DNA of 64,000 nucleotides from Hyaloraphidium curvatum SAG 235-1. Lineage: Eukaryota; Fungi; Monoblepharomycota. Location of the stretch: positions 499,940-563,939 of the forward strand of contig JAIVFI010000033.1 of assembly GCA_025558095.1 (NCBI GenBank). The letters run 5' to 3'. The position numbers were made by a program, and so were the translations under genes. Positions 59,364 through 64,000 of the stretch are shown here, piece by piece (position 1 is the stretch's first letter; each line of letters begins with the position of its first letter). A model generated the notes under the pieces. That model searched no databases, was not told the origin of the DNA, and was given only the letters and a program-made list of their open reading frames with translations.

Positions 59364-59660
59364 CGCGGGAAGGCGGCAAGGGGTTGTCTGCACCGCGGGC
59401 GGATTCGAAGCGGCCGAACACCCCCGCAACCTGACATACGTGATTTGTCTTTACATGGTGTTTGCTAGACTTTTGCGACGTAGCTTGACGGCTTGACGAC
59501 AAAGGGCCGAGGCGGCCGTACACAGAATACACCCGAGTCCGAAAGAACCAATGAAGAACAGATGACATGCATCGGCTGCGATTCCGCGGAACCTGTCAGT
59601 GTCGGTCGGGCAAGAAGGATGCTGCAGGGCCACAGACCTCTTTCCCGCCCATCCGGCGGC

Positions 59661-60195
59661 CTACGCTTGGTTCACGACGGGGCACGCCGACCCGTCGACC
59701 ACGAGGACCTGTGCGTTGATCGAAGACCTGACAATGTTGCAGACGCCGAGGCACCAGCACGCGCCGGTCTGCAGGTTGGCGTAGTTCAAGCTCTTGGCGG
59801 CGCAGGCCGCGGCGCAAGTGTCGGGGGTGAACGAGGTGCCGGCCTGCCAGTCCTTGCCGGTGTCGTCGCAGGCGCGGTTCGCGCAGGGCGTGGGGACCGC
59901 GACGTAGCGCCGGTACAGGGAGGGCGCGCCGGAGCTGCCGTACGTGACGCACGCGACGTGGCCTTCAGGGGTGCCGGGGTACCCGAACTCGCCTGCGGGG
60001 CCGGGGGGGAGAGGAAGTTAGTTGCGGCCGCCGGGCACGAGCAGCGCCGGGCGCACAGAGGTCGGAGACGGCGCAGTCGCCGCAGGAGCGGCGGAAGACG
60101 GCGCCGGCGGCGGGCGCGGGCGAAGCGGCGGCGGGGGCCGCCAGGGCGGCGAGAGCGCAGAGCGCAAAGAACAGGAGAGCGGTGGCACGAAGCAT
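59661..60195 (-). CDS. Small secreted cysteine-rich protein with a WSC-like motif
   Basis: Signal peptide, RR site, one intron, FTPDTCAAACAAKSLNYANLQTGACWCLG. Confidence 0.7.
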
Positions 60196-60845
60196 CGTCG
60201 GGAGCGCAGTTTTCGGATGAGATTGACAGCTGTCGGTTGAGGTCCCCTGAGGAGCGGAGTCACCCGACCCTTACCCTGAATCGGGGCTGGAGATGACGTT
60301 GGCCGTCTGACTAACCTCCCAAAACCGGAATGCGGCGCCTTCTTCCGGACCAGGACCGCCCAAAGCGAGGCACGATGGTCGCGAAAGTGTCTTCCCAGGT
60401 CGATTTGTGCTTGGCCGTGCCGCGCAAGCTCTGGCGGGAAAGCGGAACGAGCAATTCACCAGGGATGCGAAGCCGGACCCGAGGCCGGTCCCCCTCGCGA
60501 ACACCGCACGCCGAACCGGGTGCCGGCCGACCGGACCGGGAGGCGCAGAGTGCGACACACGGCAGCGCATCCCGCTCGCAGTTCAAGGGCGGCGAGGGGG
60601 GACTCGCCTGGGGACAGCAGGTGGCGGGGAGCTCGTTGACTGAGCACTCCGATTGACGACAACGATGTACACCAAATAGATGGGTTGTCGTCGCGATGAC
60701 GTAGTGGAGCCCTGCGAACCCGCGGTCGGGCAGGGTTGCCGGTGGCGGCTGCAAACGGCTTATTGGCGGCGGTCGACCGCGGCGAAGAGCGAGATCGCGC
60801 TGAGCGGTAGAAACATGCGCTGTCGGCGCAGATTACCCTGCCACA

Positions 60846-62255
60846 TCACCCATGCCCTTTCAGCGCGTCCTTAGCCTTCTCATCCTCGTCCGTCCAGCAC
60901 GGCGGTGCCCCCGGATCCCCCGCGCCCTCCGCCGCGTCCAGCTCCGCCGCGTACCGCGCGTGCTCCTCCGCTGTCCGCGGCCGCGCGAACTCGGCCCTGC
61001 GCCACGCGTCTGCCGCCTCGGCCGCGCGCCGCGCGAAAGCCACCGGGTCCGGTGCCACCCACGCCGCGGCCCAGAAGGACCGCGCCTCGCACATCACGTC
61101 CGGGCAGGTGCAGTTGGCCCTCAGCGGGCCCAGCACGGTCGACTGCCCCGCTGCGCCTCGCACCTGGAAGGGGAAGTGGCCGATCGGCACCGCGGGCGCC
61201 AGCGAGGCGAGCAGGTGGGGCACGAGGGGGTGGTGCTGCGCCCGGAAGGCGTGCGGGTAGACATCCAGGAGGACCGAGAGAGGGGGGAGGAACATGGCGT
61301 GGGCGATGGCGGCTCCGTGCACAAGCACGAAGAGGTCGGTGCGGGCTGCGAGGCGGACCTGGGAGGGCAGGTCCAGGGAGGCAAAGTCGACCACCTCGGG
61401 GGGCCGCCCGCCGAGGAGCGAGAGGGTGGCATTCATGGCGGCGAGGGTGTGGGGGGCGAAGCCGCGGGTGCCTTTGCGCTGCACGAGGGTGATTCGCGGG
61501 TGAGTGCGCGGGGCCGGGACGGCAGGGGGCTCCGCGACGCCCAGATTGGCCAGAATCTCCTGCCGCACGCGGAAGGCGGCGTCCGGGGGCTCAAATGTCC
61601 GTTTGGTGCCGTTGGGCCCGACACAGTGTCCCCAATGCGTGCAGGCAGCTCTTGTCCCGGCAACGAGCCGCCCGACACGGAAACGGCCGGGGCCGCGGTG
61701 CACAAGCCGGACGCCCGGCAGCAAGGCGGCCGTTATCCGTTCATCCAGGTAGCCGGTCCCGATCGCGTCCGCCACGAACAGAGCAAAAGGGGGAGTGCGG
61801 GCCGGAGGCCGTGCCGACGACCGCGGATCCGCGTCCCAAGCCATTGTCAGAGCCGGCAGGAGCTGCTCAAACAGCACGTGGTAGAGGTTGTGGGGGTTGA
61901 GTCGGTACAGCAAGACGCCCGTTTCCACCACCTCAGCGCCCGCCGCCATGGCTTCCCACTCGGAGCGGTTCCGCACCGCCCGGACGGCGCATTCCGCCGT
62001 GTACTCGGGAGGCGAGTTTGCAATCGAGCACAACAGGGGCGGAAGCGCGTCCGCAGCGCCGTCGGGGTCAAGGTACGCGACGGCACCGTCCGAGACGAGT
62101 GCGTCGCGGAAGACGCAGCGCCCGGTTTCCCGAGTGGCGCCGGAGCACACCACGGGCCCGGCTGCGCCCGGCTGCAGGAGGGACGCCCCGAAGAGTGTGG
62201 CGACAGGCAGCACCGCGAGCGCGAGCGCGAGGGCCGCCGGCGGGAGCGACGGCAT
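60846..62255 (-). CDS. Glycosyltransferase family 61 (DUF563; EOGT/POMGNT2/xylosyltransferase-like)
   Basis: Signal anchor, NPHNLYHVLFE, ITLVQRKGTR, LDLPSQVRLAARTDLFVLVHGAAIAHAMFLPP..VLLDVYP; intronless. Confidence 0.85.
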   Translation of the reverse strand: MPSLPPAALALALAVLPVATLFGASLLQPGAAGPVVCSGATRETGRCVFRDALVSDGAVAYLDPDGAADALPPLLCSIANSPPEYTAECAVRAVRNRSEWEAMAAGAEVVETGVLLYRLNPHNLYHVLFEQLLPALTMAWDADPRSSARPPARTPPFALFVADAIGTGYLDERITAALLPGVRLVHRGPGRFRVGRLVAGTRAACTHWGHCVGPNGTKRTFEPPDAAFRVRQEILANLGVAEPPAVPAPRTHPRITLVQRKGTRGFAPHTLAAMNATLSLLGGRPPEVVDFASLDLPSQVRLAARTDLFVLVHGAAIAHAMFLPPLSVLLDVYPHAFRAQHHPLVPHLLASLAPAVPIGHFPFQVRGAAGQSTVLGPLRANCTCPDVMCEARSFWAAAWVAPDPVAFARRAAEAADAWRRAEFARPRTAEEHARYAAELDAAEGAGDPGAPPCWTDEDEKAKDALKGHG

Positions 62256-62633
62256 TTACGCCGGGGAGCCAAGGGACTACGGCACCCGCGTCACGGGATC
62301 GATCCTGGGGCCGGATTGGGGAGCCGAAAACGGAGAGGGTGCACTGCGTTGTCTCTTTACTCGTCCTCCGGCATTTCGCTCTCGGCGGCCCATCTGGCGG
62401 GCTTTAGCAGCCTAGGCCTCGGCACCTCCAGCTCTCTTGCACACCACTCGCCGCTTAACCACTTTACCGTCCAAAGGCTCCCGTCCAGGGTATCAAGAGC
62501 GGCCGGATCGCGTGCGCCGCCGTGCTCGTCGGGAAGCAAGATTCCTATACCCTGGACCGGGTTGCGGACGCCGTCCGGAGGCGTGACCATCACTGACCAA
62601 CTTGCAGGCGATTACCCCGCAGGTGGAGGCCAA

Positions 62634-62842
62634 TGTCAGGAGAGGCCGTGGGAGACCGGTCCTGGCCTGCGGGGCACGGAGAACGAGAGACGGGGTACGG
62701 GGTGTAACTCTATCCGAACTTTCGGGGAATACATGTGGAGATCTATGGGTTTATATAGTCCGAGCCGCGCAAGTTGAGGCGCAGTCCGGATCGAACTTGC
62801 GAGAAGCCGCTGGAAACTCTCAGCTCTTACGCGTCCCTGACA
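62634..62842 (-). mobile_element. 3' LTR of a Ty3/gypsy element (209 bp)
   Basis: TGTCAGG...CCTGACA terminal inverted repeats, TATATAAA at 62757-62750 (- strand), polypurine tract AAAGGGGAGGATGA at 62856-62843 abutting the TG. Confidence 0.85.
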
Positions 62843-63729
62843 TCATCCTCCCCTTTCGGGGCGCTCGTCCGCAAGCGCGCTTGGCAGGCTGAGGTCCGGG
62901 CTTGTCGGGGTACTTGACGTGGAAGTCATTCACAGCGTCCTGGGCGTTGGCAACGTTCTCGGCGGGCTCCCATGAGCGCTCAGAGACGTCGTAGCCGAGC
63001 CAGTCAACGAAGTAGAAGAGCTTGTTGCGGATCAGCCGGGAGTCGAGGATCTGGTTGACCTCAAACTCGAACTCGTTGTCTACCTCGATCGGAGGCGGAG
63101 GCGGCTGCTTGCGGTCCGGCGACGGGTCCGCGTGGTACGGCTCGAGGAGGGAGACGTGAAAGACGGGGAATATCTTGAGCTGCGTGGGTAGTTTGAGCCT
63201 GAAGACGACGGGGTTGATCTTGGCCGCCTTGATCGGGAACGGGCCGAGGCGCTTGAAGTTGAGCTTGTCCGAGGGCCGCGTCGTCTTGACTTTGCGGCGG
63301 AGGAGCCACACCTGGTTGCCGACCTTGAAGTCCGGCTCGGGAAGGCGCAGCCGTTTTGCGTACTTGACTTGGAGTTCTTGGGCTAGCTCGAGCTCGATCT
63401 GTGCTTCCGCAGAGATCTCGGCCAGTTGGCGAGCGAAGTCCTCAGCCGCGGGGGCCGTGGAAGGCTCTCGACGCGGGAGGATGTCGAAACGGGGATGGAA
63501 AACGTAGTTCAAGAAGAATGGCGAGGTACCGGTGGAGGCCGAGCGGGCGTTGTTGATCACGGCCTCGCAAAAAGGAAGGAGGTCCGCCCAATCATCCTGG
63601 TGGTACGAGATGAAGCTTCTGAGGTACGCCTCGATGGTCTGGTTCTTGTTTTCAGGCATGCCGTCGGTCTGCGGGTGGAAAGCCGGTGACATGTTGAGCT
63701 TGGTCCCCAGGATCTCGTGCAGCTCTTTC
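62820..63729 (-). mobile_element. Ty3/gypsy chromovirus pol fragment: integrase C-terminal part + GPY/F + chromodomain
   Basis: KELHEILGTKLNMSPAFHPQTDG, W..LLP..E...N, SPFFLNY, GPFPI, VFHVSLLEPY, EFEVNQILDSR...YFVDWLGY...SWEP. Confidence 0.92.
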
Positions 63730-63858
63730 TGTCAGGGACTACGCCACCCTGGAAGGTTCTGAGGCTTTCCCCGACTCTTCCTGGCTCCGCCACATCATGT
63801 CGGGCGACTCCCGTCGCTTATATAGAAGCTGGGACCGGTGCTGACCTCTAGGGTTTGG
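63730..63858 (+). mobile_element. Truncated LTR of a second, oppositely oriented element nested in the integrase
   Basis: Starts TGTCAGGGAC, the same 10 nt as the 62842 LTR start, exactly where integrase homology stops. TTATATAG at ~63818. Ends in the telomere. Confidence 0.65.
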
Positions 63859-63998
63859 TTAGGTTAGGTTAGGTTAGGTTAGGTTAGGTTAGGTTAGGTT
63901 AGGTTAGGTTAGGTTAGGTTAGGTTAGGTTAGGTTAGGTTAGGTTAGGTTAGGTTAGGTTAGGTTAGGTTAGGTTAGGTTAGGTTAGGTTAGGTTAGG
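63859..63998 (+). repeat. Telomeric repeat (TTAGG)28
   Basis: 28 perfect TTAGG units at the window end, G-rich strand running outward. Confidence 0.93.
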
Positions 63999-64000
63999 TG

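Noticed and set aside
60846-62255. GT61 as an EOGT acting on the EGF repeats of the protease
   Set aside because: Genes are 47 kb apart, the EGF C5-C6 spacing differs from the EOGT consensus, and GT61 has many activities.

Overview
GC-rich eukaryotic subtelomere with many 50-60 nt spliceosomal introns (GTGGGT/GTGAGT donors, some GC-AG), ending in a (TTAGG)n telomere. Most likely an early-diverging fungus, inferred from a GT71 mannosyltransferase, a fungal Adn1-like domain, a chromovirus LTR element and Kex2-like sites; the species cannot be fixed from the sequence. Contents: (1) a stonustoxin-like MACPF/CDC pore-former with FN3; (2) three RI-type LRR + non-RD TKL kinase genes and one LRR fragment, only one clearly intact; (3) four paralogous secreted LamG-domain proteins whose N- and C-terminal halves are combined in a 2x2 mosaic; (4) a compact catabolic block (TauD, SCP2-like alpha/beta hydrolase, nucleoredoxin, S1P-lyase-like enzyme, acyl-CoA dehydrogenase) followed by a cupin and two alkyl sulfatases, which I hypothesise degrades sulfonolipids; (5) a P450, GT71, GT61, a V8-like protease with EGF repeats, a very large GGDDSGA-repeat secreted protein and a WSC-like small protein; (6) a CRE-type non-LTR retrotransposon remnant and a Ty3/gypsy chromovirus fragment carrying a nested LTR that is cut off by the telomere. 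All family calls come from recognising motifs by eye; no searches were run. Intron and start coordinates were derived by hand and may be off by a few bases.
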